Positions 36,674 through 51,043 of a stretch of 64,000 bases of DNA are shown here, one piece after another. Source of the stretch: Pecten maximus (taxonomy: Eukaryota); the NCBI RefSeq assembly GCF_902652985.1, contig NC_047032.1, positions 24,366,001 to 24,430,000 on the forward strand, in the 5' to 3' direction. Within the stretch, counting starts at the first letter, position 1. The number at the start of each line of letters is the position of its first letter. Both the position numbers and the translations under genes were made by a program. A model generated the notes under the pieces. The model was not told where the DNA came from, did not search any database, and saw only the letters and a program-made list of their open reading frames with translations.

Positions 36674-38199
36674 GGTAAAAATTGCCGAGACAGATGTAGT
36701 AAATATGTATGTACCGAACGTAATTATTATTGTAATATGTTCCTAATATGGCGGTCAATCGTTCAGTATTCGGTTCAGATTTTGGATCATGAATTATATC
36801 ACAATATAAGAGCTTGGCGTAATAATAAATGTCACAAATTAATCAGTCAATCATAGACTAACAAACATGGCACAAGAGGTGCATAGCGTATCTCCTGGAG
36901 ATTAGATGATAGCAGATTTTGCTGACCTGGACATTACCTAGACTATCGCCATTCTTGACCGGAAGTGGGTATTTTTTGAAAGGGCAGACATAAAATACTG
37001 ATCAATGAACAGACGGGATACCAAATATGCAGGCGGGATACCAGGTCACTGTACAATGGTATTCCGTCTGGAGTACCATACTCCGTAGCTTTATTTCTAA
37101 CCCTGATTAATGGCAATACGTGTACAAACATACATAACGGTTCAACAATATAAGAAGACTAATGGCTGTTTTATGAATAGGTGAGTTATAAGCTTAGCGT
37201 TAGCTGACAAATTGGTATTAAGATCTTCATCTTCTGGCACACCATATATCTTACCTTATCATATAGAGACAATATTATTTACATAACCATCCTATATATT
37301 TTCATACAGTAAAACAAATCGTGAGAACAGAAACCTAACATATGGGTCCCTTGTAAGGTCATTATAAACTGTTCTTAAAGACGTTCTACGTCGTCGACAG
37401 GGTACACAGCTGATCACAATAATGGTGGAACCCACGATATTGAAATGACAATTAAATAGCATGATAATGATCGCCTAACGACCAATACATAATAATGAAG
37501 ATAAATGTAGAGGCTGACGACGATCAATCCAGTTGTAATTGTTTATCCACTTTCGGCGACTGATAATAGCGTAAAGTATGCAACGTTTGTATTCAATGTA
37601 TAAAAATGCGATGGCCTGTTCTTGTTTTCAATCAATGTCAGAGATACATAGGACTGTATACATAATTTGATCAAGATAGCAACAGCAGTTTTCCTTTCTT
37701 TTTACACTACTTATAAATGCAGATATTTACGACGCATTCAAAGATTGAATTCTGCCATGGAAGAAAAATGATCTTTGATACTGTTTTAAGGAGGGGCGTG
37801 TTACTAAGCCCAGGGACCTACAGGTGCGAGTACAAATATAATCCAGCACTTAGATTTGTGTCCCACAGGAATCAAGCCAACTCCGCTCAGCCCATTTCGG
37901 CCCCCATCAGCTGTCATATACCATCATGTACTGACAACGTGAAAGGGAAGTTACTCTGACAGATCAGGTCAACTTTGTAAGAGTAATGATGTAAATTGTT
38001 TCCATCTTTGAGAAGATGTTACTTACAAATATAGCTGACCTTTTATCACTCAATACAACAGGATTTGTCAGAGATCCTTGTGGACATTATAACAGTTTAC
38101 ATGTCACTGCGAATTTATTTCACGTTATTTGAGGAAATATTCGAATGATGGTAATAGATTTAAACTTAAGCAACGAAAACACCATGGTAGGAAGGTAGG

Positions 38200-38716
38200 T
38201 TTCGGTTTGGTTTGGTTTATTTTGTTTAACGTCCTATTAACAGCTAAGGTCATTTAAGGACGACCTCCCGTGCGTGCGACATGCATGCGTGTGGTGAGTG
38301 CGTAAGTGTGTTTTGGGAGGCTGCGGTATGTTCGTGTTCAGTCTCCTTGTGATAGGCCGGAACTTTTGCCGATTTATAGTGCTACCTGACTGAAGCATAC
38401 TGCCGAAGACACCCCGTAGCACACCCCACCCGGTCACGGGCGAACCAGTCGTCTCACTCCTAATATGCTGAGCGCTAAGCAGGAGTAGCAACTAAAGTGT
38501 ACCATTTAAAAAAAAAACTCGGCCAGGGGACAGAACCCAAAGCCTTCTTCACAGGGGCGAACGCTCAACTAAAGGCCAAAAGTGAGGCATTGTCAAGGGA
38601 GACATTAGGAAGAAGAAAGTTGTAAAGAAAGAAGAGAAAAGATAATATCCCAAATTTAGTCGCCTCTTACGATCATGCAATATGGGCAGCAGGTACAATT
38701 CTTACGCCCTACCCAG
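38200..38716 (-). mobile_element. Composite SINE copy 2 with 11-bp TSD AGGAAGGTAGG
   Basis: TSD at 38189-38199 and 38717-38727; matches the other copies. Confidence 0.9.
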
Positions 38717-39359
38717 AGGAAGGTAGGAGCGGCGCCATGTTGGTGTCGCTTCTTAATGTTCAAAGTCATTATTTCAATACTATAGGTTAAATAAATTAAA
38801 GATAATGTATCTAGATAATTCTGTGTGGCAAAAATAGCCAGGAACAGAAAAATGTAAAAATGAAAAACAAAAAACAAACAAAACACAAAACAAACAAACA
38901 AACTAACAAAAATAATTTTAAAAAAAAAGAATAAAATAAAATAAGTAAATAAAAAATATGACAGTTCTGTGGGACTAAGATGTTTATTTCTGACGTTACA
39001 TAATTATTGGCTAGTGTGTATTTAATTGGTTGTCGATATAAACATGCATGGTACTGTTGGTGTGTTTCCCGAACACCTATATATTAGGGAGGGTAATAAA
39101 AGTCTGTTTCTTACTTGTTCTGTATGGTTCATTTAAGTCTAGCCAACGTTCTGATTAAACACCATTCCAGTCTAGCCAACATTCTGATTAAACACCATTC
39201 CACTCTAGTCAACATTTCTATTTTCACACTTTGGCCAGGCGTTGTCATACCTGAGTGACCACTAGGTAAGTTCCAGGTAAAAATACGTCACTTACATATT
39301 CTTAGTTAATTTCAAATCTATTACTTCGCAGTTTACTATGGCCAATGTATAGATAGAGG

Positions 39360-39660
39360 TGGATTTTCTGGAGAATGGAAGAGGGGGAACATTATCTATC
39401 AAAAACTGGCTACAAGTATTCCATTATGACAAGAAGGGCCAATGGAGTGTACTGGGGATGTGTTAGATGAGATCTTAATTGCACTGCATTATTAACCACT
39501 GTTGATAATATTCCTGTTGGGCATTATTGACAGAATCACAACCATCAGCCCGCCACTCTTGGTCTTGCTGCTGATGTAATTGTAGTAAACCTGAAGACAA
39601 GATGTAGAGATGAAATTTCACCGGTACCATCACTATATGATGAGGGATAGGGAGTTCGAT
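39360..39660 (+). pseudogene. Degraded FLYWCH-domain (MULE-type transposase N-terminus) fragment
   Basis: GYKY..VYWGC..C.A..HNH and VPSLYDE read across frameshifts. Confidence 0.4.
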
Positions 39661-41499
39661 GCAGATGCCAAGACTTTGTTAGAGAAAGTTCCTAGCAAAA
39701 CCAAGGAGAAAAAAGGCCATGTACCAGCGCATTGATTCTAGATTGCGCAACCCGAAGGACAGTTGCGGAAATGGCGAACTTAAGGTTTACGTTTATACTG
39801 TCGCAGCTTCTCATTTGATTCATCTACATATTCGCTTGAAAAATTTGAATTGTAATATAAGCTGTGATATGAACATTTTGCTATCATATTTATAAATGCT
39901 ATATTATAATGAATTATATTAGCAATAGGGCATTGATTTATACTTTTTGCTATATTCTTATATATATGTAAATTAAACTTGTCAAGATAGTGAAATATAA
40001 TAAATTATTTTAAAATTTAGTTAAAATATATCAGAGTTTATATCCAAAATATTCCTAGGTCTGTACTTTCATAGTACATTTATGTCAGGCTACATGAGAC
40101 GTTATCTTTGTTATCATGTATCTATCAATCATAACTGTATACTTAGGACTATATAAGGCTGGGTATTTTGTACTATTTTGTCGGATTCCTAGCACTCTAC
40201 TGAGCAGTCCTATACTACTTCGGACTCCGTCTTCCTCTCTTACACCGCACCCAATAGAAGCTACAAGTGACTACACAACTTTGTAGGCCACAATAGTGTT
40301 TTAACCTGTAGTAACCAAGTGTTAGTGTTAAATTCTAGTGCTCATTCTTAAATATTTATATGCATTTTTTATACAAATTCTCTGATTATTCCAATTTTTC
40401 ATATTTCAAGATTTCATGATAATGTTTTTTTCTTATTAGATATATTAAACATAAAATTATATTGATATTTTAGTTTGATTTATTAATCTATACATTATTT
40501 ATATTTATTGATTTGACAACTGTAAATTTGATTAAATAAGTATAAAAAATATTATCATATGCTTGATTAAAAATAATTATAACATGAAAAAACAGGCCTC
40601 TGGCGACAGGTACTCTGAGAGCTATGATGCTTGAAGTGACGTAGATGGGTGTGAGAACAGGTAAGATACACAGGTTACTTAAGTGACTTCACCAGAACAG
40701 ACTATGATTACTGTACAAACATAGCCAGTAGGGTATCATCTCCAACTGTAAGTAGGCGTTCATGGAATCACGTCGGGAATTCATCTGCTAAATGAAATAT
40801 AAAGGCAGGTGTGCCACAAGGCTCAATATTAGATGTCGGTATATAGCTCTAATCAGACTCGCTCAGCAGTGTAACTACATTCCCATGTATCCATGTTATT
40901 GGCTTTAAGCTTTACAGCTCATCAATACATAAGACATATATACAATGCAATAAATGTAAAGCTTAAAGTCAATAAAATGAATTGAATCTATATTCCCCTG
41001 TAGCTACTGAATGTACCTGGGCACAGTAATGGTTGATAATTTTCAACCAAAATAAAACTTAATATACTATCTAGGAAACATGGTGAATGAAAAATACACA
41101 ATAAAACAACAACACCTTAGGATGTCCGTTGAAGAGAGCTGCTTTTGGCATTTACAATGTACATATCAGCAGCATAATTGGTAAAGCATAGAAAAGAATT
41201 GAAATATTGAGGTCACTGAAATTCAAACGTGAAAAGAAATATTTAGAAACATTTAAAAACAATATTCTTTTCATATATTAAGCATATATTGGGACATTGT
41301 CTGTGAGAATTGTAACCGACAGCAGATTCATGATTTAGAAAGGTTACAAACTCCGTTGATATGGGGAATGTCCTTTCCCACTACATTAACGCCTCTTTTA
41401 TACCCAAGATTGGACAGATTCACTTCAACACATTTCTTAAGTAGTTGTCAATAAATTAACTATTTTGTTTCCAATCAATGTTCTAGCTAATTACCAAAT

Positions 41500-42412
41500 C
41501 AGCGTATAATATATACCAGTTACGTTATGTTTAGAATTATGGATACTTGCTGATTCTAAAAGTAGTTCAATATTATTGACAAGGGAAAGGGTTTAGCTTA
41601 CAGTGTAGTTTTCAAACTAATATCTCCTCTGTTGTATCATGGGTATCAGTTATCACTTATTTGTAGATAATTTGTATACATCTTTGAGTTGCATTACCGA
41701 CTTACTAGCCAAATCCACCTATCATTAAGGTGCGGTACACAAAAATAGTACAGCAACGCAAATGTGTTTTAAAACATCTATTTATCAGTGAGAAAAAGTA
41801 ACAAGTAGAGGTGATTTTCTGATTGCCTAGACACGATGGTTTTGTAACTGTACAGTGAAAGATTGTAGAACTGTTACGATTGTGTCTCCAATTCATAAGG
41901 GTTCAGATGTTACATCACGTGTACGTACTGTTAAACAAAGAACTGGTTTTAATAAAAACCAATGTGTCACAGCCTATTGTTGTAAATTTGTATAATCATG
42001 GTATGTTAGGTGTAGATAAGAGGAACCAATATGTCATACAGTATTCTTCATATTTGAGAATTAAATTCTGTTGATGGAAATTTTTATGTTTCCATCTATT
42101 GACATAATAAGTGTTAATACTTTTTTATTGTATAAGCAATCAACTAATAATTTGCCATCTGAATTTGGACACCTAGAATTCAGAGAACGTATTTTCCAAT
42201 ATATTTGATTCATATGGAAAGCGATAAAAGATCAATGTAAATCAATGTTTACCATTTGTATCTGATAAGAGAGTAGATTGTGTGATGTGTAATGCTAAAG
42301 CTGGTATACAGCGAGTTCCGTTGCCAAGTAGGAAAACCTTTATCAAATGTGAACAGTGTAACGTTGGTCTTTGTCTTAACAAAGAAAGAACTTGTTACAA
42401 GTTGTGGCATAA
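41500..42412 (+). pseudogene. piggyBac transposase C-terminal remnant
   Basis: PIVVNLYNHGMLGVDKRNQ (YN..MGGVD motif) and Cys-rich tail C.MC..RKTFIKCEQCNVGLCL..TCYKLWH; possible right end ..GGAAGGTGTTAA at ~43654. Confidence 0.8.
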
Positions 42413-45400
42413 CGGGAGTGATGAGAGTGTTAGAGTTCAAGATTGGCATAGGAAGAAAGGTAACTACAGAAAGAGGAAATACGAGGTACACTCGTAAATT
42501 GTGTTACTAACGTTATTTTCTTACATAGATGTCCCTTGTAGCAATGAATGGTTATCTCGGATCTGTTCTTACTGATGCAGTTGTTTTCATGTTGAAGCAG
42601 TATGTATGTTCATTTTATCAACACAGCAGTGCTTCTTGATTTGTGACATTGGAAAATATTTTCAATAGTTTATTTCTAATGAAAATCTAAAAATTTTACT
42701 CGAGTTTCTTGAAAATATGATATCACTGTCAAGTCATGGAACTTTGTATTTTATCAAAAAAGCAATAATAATTATCTTCCTTGCTTTATCATATAGTAGT
42801 AGCAACATTGTATGCGAGAGAAAACTCCTAAGAAAGGAACTATAAGAGGTGGTTACTCAGATAAATGTGGTACATTATGTATATGTATGTAATAAAGTAA
42901 TGGATTATCTCCCTTGTTTTGTGCCCTTCGGTATGATAGCTCCCGTATTTACATGTACATAACTGTATTAATCCATTTTTACTTTATTTTTCAAAATAAT
43001 GTACTTAGTCCACCCACGAAAAATTACATATTCCATTTTTTCAAACTTTCATTCTACTCCTAGTGCCCTTAAAGACCCACTGCCTATCCCAGTCCTCCCC
43101 CTACCTTTAAAGGACTTCATAGCGATATATTTTGAGCTTTTCAGTCTTTTTAAGTGCAAAATATAACAATAAAACCTATTCTCTACGTAATATATTGAAA
43201 AAACATATTTCATTAAAAATTATTTAAAAATAAATAATGCTGTGAAACCTTTTGCTTAAAGTTTATTACAGGCCTTTGCTTTGTCATCTCATCGGATTAT
43301 CTTCCTAAATAGTTTAAGCTTAGAATGAAATATCCATTTGGCCTTCTTGATGTCATCATGTGTGAAAATTAAGCCGAACATCAAAAATAATATTTTCTAA
43401 TGAAACAAAATGCTATGATAATGACATTTGACCTTTGACTTTTCCTAGTTGAACATGATTTTCATAGATGAACAAATTAAAGATGTTGCAAAGAAAATAA
43501 ATTGTGAGTAATACCCTGTCTTGTGATGTATAACACGCAATACACATGGAAGATTAAATCTATAAAAAAAATAGAAAATTAAAAAGAATAAAAAAAATCA
43601 TGTTCATTTTAATTACAAAAACCCTTAAAAAAACATGCGAACGGAAGGTGTTAAATTAATCCCTAAATCGACTTTTACCTTTGTAGTTGGAGCCCTGGGC
43701 AGGGTATTTGCCAATACTCATATTCATATTAAAGCAACATCATAGAATATGTAACGGCGAGACCGAAGGCACATCAAGTTCAAGGCCATTCAATCATTGC
43801 AACCTCAAGACTTGAAACGATAAAACCTTTGCGTCTCACGACTTTCTTTTCTTCTTTGAACACGTATGAGCTTTATGCAATAGCTTCTCCCAATCCGTCG
43901 ATTTCAATTTACAGCACAGTCTAAGAACCTCTTCCGGATGTTTTCTCCGATTTTTCCGCATTAGAGCTATTTCCTGATATATACCTAAATAAATTCTCAT
44001 GCTTCTGTTTTGAATACTTATTATATATATATAAGTTTCTGTTCCGACTGTCATCTATAGCAGAGCAGTTAGAAGTACGGGTCCTACACGAGTCTCATAC
44101 AGTTAATAAACACTGTATAAGACATTCCACCGGAACTAATAAATTTGTAAGTAAGTGCTCCTAAAGCTCTCCCAGCCGATTTGGACAGCTCCCTTAGTGC
44201 GAGTTTTATGTCTGAATATTCGTCGAACCACAGACCTAGGTATTTATATTCCCTCGCGATTTCTAGCTGTTAACTGCTAGATATACTCCATTTATAACAC
44301 CAATCTCATGTCGATCAGCCTCTGAAGCTGTCGGGGTGGGACGCTTTACGCACTGTATCATCCACATACAACAGAGGAATTGATATATATCCCATCCAGA
44401 TTTATCCGAAGATTAGAGTCTCTTAAATTCGTTATAAGATCGTTGATGTAAATAGAAAAAAATGGCGGGCTACGTCAAACATTCCCGTTTTAAACCACGA
44501 TCAAGGTTGAACCCCGCTGTCAGCACATTATTCACTCGAACTTAGCATTTGAAATATTTATATAACGATTGTATGGCTGTGAGGTTTTCCTGTGCACACC
44601 GCAGGTCTCTTCGCTAGTTCTATTTTTTACCTGAAGTATATCCATGTGGTGGTAACTTGACCAAAGATGAACTATGTATCTTATTTTTCACTTTTATAAT
44701 AAATTAGAAATGCAAAAAGGCCTCGGTAAGTTGCTAACGTACATTGTATTTATACTAATTAAGCTTCTTATTATAGATGAACTAATGGGCGGAGTCTTAG
44801 CACAGTATCTAAAGATTTGTTCGAGATCATCATTTTTTAGGTATTGTGTTCAGGCTGGTATTTATGTCTACAATGTATCTATACTATATTTTTTACTTTT
44901 TTTTATTATCAAAATGTTAGTGGTGTCACGAAAATGAAATATAAAACTCACGATAATATATCGTTCTTATATGCGATGACATTTTAAAGCTGACAACCCA
45001 AGTTAAAAAACTTTCGTTTTGAAATAAAAAAAATATATATATGTGATTTTGAAATGGTTTGGAGATATTCCTTGTAATAAATATATATCTTCCGGTCACC
45101 GTTTCCAAGGAAGTGGCAGACATTTTAGTTGAAATCATTATACCTTTATAGTTCAGATCGAATGCGCTGAATTGTTTCGCGATTTTTTTCCTGTGAGGAA
45201 CTCTCCAGGAGAGAGTTAACGGGTAATCTATTCATATTATATGAACGCTTTTCTTGATTTGGGTGTCATTGTATGGATCAGATGAAAACGTATTTGCTGT
45301 AGACGACTCAATGATTAGTATTGTCTTTATTTCCTCCAAAATGAAGAACATTACATAATTACAGTATTCAAATCACATATATGTTAAGAAAAAGCATGAC

Positions 45401-45538
45401 ATAAAGATCAATGGACATAATATATATATATATATATATACATTTGGTAAACATAAATGGTGGAATTTTTTGCTTGATTAAAAGCAGAATTTTAGATTAC
45501 TTTTGTAGAAGATAGTATTGAGTAGCACCATACAATTT

Positions 45539-46071
45539 AATTGGTTTGGTTTATTTAGTTTAACGTCCTATTAACAGCTAAGGTCATTTAAGGACGGCCT
45601 CCCGTGCGTGCGACATGTATGCGTGTGATAAGTGCGTATGTGTGTTTTGGGAGGCTGCGGTATGTTCGTGTTAAGTCTCCTTGCGATAGGCCGGAACTTT
45701 TGCCGATTTATAGTGCTACCTCACTGAAGCATACTGCCGAAGACACCCAGCAGGACACCCCACCCGGTCACATTATACTGACAACGGGCGAACCAGTCGT
45801 CCCACTCCAAGTATGTTGAGCGTTTAGCAGGAGTAGCAACTACCATTTTTAAAGACTCTGGTATGTCTGGCTAGGGGACAGAACCTAAAGCCCTTCTCAC
45901 AGGGGCGAACGCTCAACTAAAGGCCAAAAGTGAGGCATTGTCAAGGGAGACATTAGGAAGAAGAAAGCTGTTAAGAAAGAAGAGAAAAGATAAGATCCCA
46001 AATTTAGTCGCCTCTTACGATCATGCAATGGGGACAGCAGGTACAATTCTTTCGCCCTACCAGCAGGGCAG
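45539..46071 (-). mobile_element. Composite SINE copy 3 with 11-bp TSD CCATACAATTT
   Basis: TSD at 45528-45538 and 46072-46082. Confidence 0.9.
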
Positions 46072-46799
46072 CCATACAATTTTAACATACATTTTACATT
46101 ATGTATTGTATTCAGCATAGTCAGTTTCAGTATATATGTTTGCATTTAATAGACCATATGGCCTCCAAATATAATGTGAACCAATATGTATTCTGGCAAT
46201 GGATACAAATACAAAATAAATTCAATACCTGAAATAGATACGATAGTACACCACAATTTGTCACGAATACATTCTGTTAGTGAACACTTTAAAATCACAG
46301 GGTTCACAATATCGGTATAAAATATCCACAATCATGACATTAAGATTTTGAATTCATATTTCGAATTGAAACATTAATTTTGATTATAGAACTTATATTG
46401 TCGAGACAGTTATGGTGATTCAGTGATAGTTTCCATAATTAATGTGGATATAACGAGTCGTCTAGTAGTAGAAATATTGAAGAAAATCTGACCAAATTTT
46501 ATTTCATAACTAGTAACAGATTTATAAACAATTTCTTTAAATACATTTTGTGAGGAAATGTACCATAATTGAAATAATTGATACTTTTTCAGTATTCTTA
46601 CCATATCTGGTAAATAAGCATTTTGAGTTATTTCATGCAATAACAACTACATAATTCTATGTTGTCGAATTCAAATCGGGTCGTTTATTGCACGTGTAGT
46701 ATGTACCCTTTATTTTCGTGTTGGGTTATATAAATGATTGTTTTCCTTTGTTCCCCCTTTTATTTTTAAGGCTTCTGTTATTTATTATACTGAAATCTT

Positions 46800-47973
46800 G
46801 CTGTCGCTATTGATACTCGACACTAATGATATAGATCATTCATGGAATTTGCTAACTGATAAAATTAATGAAATAGGGAATATCTGTATTCCAAAAAGGT
46901 ATATTACAGTTAAAAGTAGAGATCTTCCGTGGATGTGTTATGATATTAGAAAGAAAATTACCGAACTGCATAATAAGGCAAAACTAAGTAATAGAGAAAT
47001 AGATTGGTTAGAATTTAAACGTGTACATAATAAATGTGTTAACATGATTAGGCAAGCGAAAAATAGGTATTTTAATCAACTTACTTCCCATTTAACGGAA
47101 TGTCTTTGAACGCTGTTTTTTTTTAAAGATATATACATAACTTCTTCTGTGACAACAATCTAATAACTAGTCGTCAATCAGGGTTTACCCCAGCTGGTGA
47201 TTCAACTATAAACCAACTTGTTAGTATAGCTGATGATGTTGGTAACGCCTTAGATGCAGGCAAAGAAATTCGAGTTGTCTTCTTCGACATAAGTAAAGCT
47301 TTCGATCGAGTCTGGCATCGAGGTCTCCTTTTCAAACTTTCCAAATTTGTTATTTCAGGGAGCTTAATTAAATGGTTCGAAAATTATCTCAATGGAAGGA
47401 AACAACGGGTGATTTTAAATAATTGTGTATCGGATTTGGCATCTATCAAGGCTGGAGTACCTCAGGGCTTGATCCTCGGTCCTCTTCTATTTCTTGTGTA
47501 CATAAATGAAATTGTTTATGATATTAATTCTATAATTAAGTTATTTGACGATGATACGTCGCTGTACATAGTAGTTGAAAATCCCATCACCGCACATGCC
47601 ACTCAGAGTCAGAGTCAGACATCAACAAAATTTATATATTGTCCTGTCAGTGGCTTGTAGACTTCAATCCCCAAAAACTGAAACTATGCTAATAAGTAGA
47701 AAAAGAAATCCAATTAACCATCCTTCTATATATATGAACGATACTCCTATAAATAATGTATCTTCTCATAAACACCTGGGTGTGTTCTACTCAGGAGATG
47801 GTCGTTGGATAGATCAAGTAAATTACTTAATTGCAAAAACTTCATCTAAAATCAGTATAATGAGATCATTGAAATTTCATTTAGACAGGCAAACTTTGCA
47901 AACTATCCATTCCTCTCTTATAAGACCACTCCTTGAATATGCCGATATTGTATGGGGAAATATTCCTTAAGAT

Positions 47974-48010
<37 letters not shown>

Positions 48011-48726
48011 ATTAATATTGAAGCTGCACGTATAGTAACTGGCGCAACAAAGTTAACCAGCAAAACTGTTTTTTTATAAATAATCATTTTTACCACCTCA
48101 CGTTCGATCAAACCCATCTGTTTCTGCTTTAAAATCTTAAACCTCGATCAACATTTAAGCATGTAAATACCTATCCACTACACATTTGGAAGCTGAAAAG
48201 GACAAATTTATCATGCTCGTCTACGAATGGAATGTAGTTCCTTAAACAGCTATTTATATACTAAAAATATTGTTCAATCTCCGCTTTGTCTGTGCGGCCA
48301 AGTTGAAAACGCTACCCATTTCCTTTTAGAATGTGCCAGGCACGACGACATGAGAAGACATTATTTATATTCTTTACCTATTAGTATTACAACAGATATC
48401 TTACTATTTTCATAACATTTTATTTATCCCAAAAGCATGTTTTTGTACTTAAAGTAAAGTTGTTTGTATCAACAACCTAACTCGACACCAAGTATTCACC
48501 CCTTTTCCTTTTCTTCTTCTTCCTTAAACTTTTGTTATTCAATGTTAATATATGGTCTTATATGCCAATAATATGTTGTCCATCCTCAATATATTTGCTG
48601 TTTATGATAAGGTGATAGATTCACATAAGTGTCTGAGACACTTGTTTCTATTTCCTATTCTGTACATTCAATTTTGTAACTATATATGTTTTGAAATGCC
48701 TGAATAAAAAAAAAGTTTAAACCAAC
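46800..48726 (+). mobile_element. Degraded, internally deleted CR1/L2-group LINE including its 3' end
   Basis: FFDISKAFDRVWH, GVPQGLILGP, LFDDDT, RPLLEYADIVW, CLCGQVENATHFLLEC; tail AATAAA..TTTAAACC. Confidence 0.88.
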
Positions 48727-49097
48727 CATTACGAACACATTAATTTATTTCATACAAAAAACATATGAACATAAAAAATACAGGTTAAATTGCTTCTTTT
48801 AATTCTACACGTCCTGCCTAGAAACAATGTTTTTTTTTACATCTATGTATGCATCAATAGATGTCAAACCAGGTAAGGAGGTACACATATCTGTTCTTGT
48901 TCTTTTATCAAGACCTTGGATTGACTTTACAATAAAACGTTTGGCTCTTTTTAACATCAAGAGTTTGCATTTATATAGTGCACAAGGGTAGACTTTGATT
49001 TTTTATAATCTTAAAATTAGTTAGTGGGTTCAGAGCACAGTGATGGGCGCCGGAGTGGAACAGAGCCATAGTACCCCTTTTTTAAACGTATTACAAG

Positions 49098-51043
49098 TGT
49101 TGTGCAAGATGACCGAATATACACGGTGTTATATAGTCAATATCCATATTGCCGACAATGGCAGGTGTAGTCTACGATCACACAAGTATGGGTACGTAAA
49201 ATAGTGTGGGACGCGCTACACCGTCCCCAAAGTACCTAGGGTCAGCCACAACCAAGAACTTCCCTCTAACGGCGCACCGCCACGGATGGGGGAAAAGGCA
49301 CACTGCAATATAGCCACCTGTGAAGTCGACATCAGTCCCGGTCAATATTAGAACGACCGACTCGATTCCAGAAGGATCCAATATTGACTCACGGTCCCTC
49401 CAGAGAAGGATCGTTGACCTACTGCAAGGCAGTCTATAAAGAAGGAACAATCCCAGCGTAGCACAGTTTCGACACCTGCATCGACCCGGAAGACATGTCA
49501 CTGTCATCGATCAGGAACAACAACCGCAGGCCTATCACCCCTTCCCCATCATCATTGAGCAAAGTTTGTTCCCCAATGATGAAGTCGCAATACCCACAAA
49601 GCAGGACTGCAAACTCTCTGTGACCAATCTTTTATCCAATAAGGGATCTGGTGACTCTCCGGTCATCCGACCAGGCGCGAAACTAATCTGTAACCAAGAC
49701 ACCTCAAACATATTCCCAGCTACAAAGGCGGTCCCGCGGAATCCCCTGCCGACCATTCCGATCCTACTACGACATGGAGCTGCATCGTGAACATCAATGA
49801 AGACACTTTAGGAGATATAGCTCTCCATTTCATTGATCCTCCTAGGTGAATCAAACTGGACGCAGTTAACCGGACAAAACACATCATGGAACCCAGTTTG
49901 AAACCTAACCATGCACTCTGAACTGTTCACAAACCCCGCATCGGTTACTATCCTGTGCATACCTTCCCCAGTAAACGGTTTGGATTGGTTTGGTTTATTT
50001 TGTTTAACGTCCTATTTTAAAACAGCTAAGGCAAGGTTTGTATAGGATAACGCTAAATGGTAGGTCCACAAAGCATCCGCATGGTTGCTCCTTTGAGTCA
50101 CCTTCCTTAGAACAATCGGTAAGCCAATTGCCCTCGAACTCAGGGGGCCGGCACCAATCATTCAGCCGATTAGAATCAACCAACCAACGAACAATGTCAT
50201 CTGTGTCTAAAACTCAGGACCACTGAGCTGTCCGACGCAGCACGTTGTCAACAATTACAAGAACTCCCTCACAATAGGTACCCTTCTCTGAAAAGGTCGT
50301 AGCTTAACCTCGGCCATTAAGGACAGAAGTTTTCCCCCTCACAACTGCCCAACTGAATTGGGAAATGAACGTCAGCCCCACCCTCTGTATGCTGAATTAC
50401 ACCACAAGACGCGAGGGAATGGGGCATTTGCTGCGGAGAGTTCCGATAAGGAACACAATTATCTTATATAAGGGAGGTACAATGTACCCAATGAGGATCT
50501 CCCGCGCTTTATCAACATCATAAGACTATCAATTTCAGCAATGATATACATCCATGCTAGCGTATCTCCCGTTCGCTGAACTCTTTTAATGCTACCAATC
50601 ATACTGACACCCGGTATAGCAACACAACAGACGTTAAAATCGAGCTGATTCGTGAACAAAGCTAAGTACTGAACAATAGCACTGACTGTACACCACCCTG
50701 CGACGTGCGGCTATTAATAGCTTTCACAAAGGACAATGTTATGCACAGTGCATACCGCTGTTTTAACTATTTATGAAAATGCGATTTTACTGCTAACGCC
50801 ATTGTTGTGCAAGATGACCGAATATACAATGTTGTAAACTCAATATCTATATCGCCGACAATGGCCGGTGTAGTCTACGATCACACAATTATGGGTGCGT
50901 AAAAAACGTCCCAATACGAGCTTCACCAAATGTAGACTACGTCGATTGTAATCACGCACTGCCGAACATCCGTTTCGGGACGAGGTGACAGAAACACCCT
51001 CGCTTAGAGAAGTCAACTCGTCACGTACAGTACGTTCACAACA
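49098..51043 (-). mobile_element. Degraded unclassified LTR retroelement
   Basis: Termini TGTTGTG..CACAACA; ~103-bp diverged direct repeats 49098-49201 and 50803-50904; PBS-like TGGCGTTAGCAG next to 50803; flanks CAAG/CTAG. Confidence 0.5.
49980..50034 (-). mobile_element. Heavily 5'-truncated SINE tail
   Basis: GGTTTGGTTTATTTTGTTTAACGTCCTATT..ACAGCTAAGG, as in the full copies. Confidence 0.7.

Larger units (their letters stand above)
17658..36900 (-). mobile_element. Near full-length CR1/L2-group LINE (ORF1 + ORF2) interrupted by the MULE and the LTR element
   Basis: ORF1 35810-36673 and ORF2 22258-18853 lie on the same strand in the right order; 3' stem-loop and A-rich tail at ~17660-17745; 5' end approximate. 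Confidence 0.8.

Noticed and set aside
37030-38030. Possible decayed sacsin-like coding fragment on the minus strand (LPFHV..)
   Set aside because: Only a 5-residue motif amid stops; too weak to call.
43680-44290. Short LINE RT remnants (EYKYLG on the minus strand; also GVPQGS at ~40805)
   Set aside because: Probably real but too short and decayed to bound or classify.
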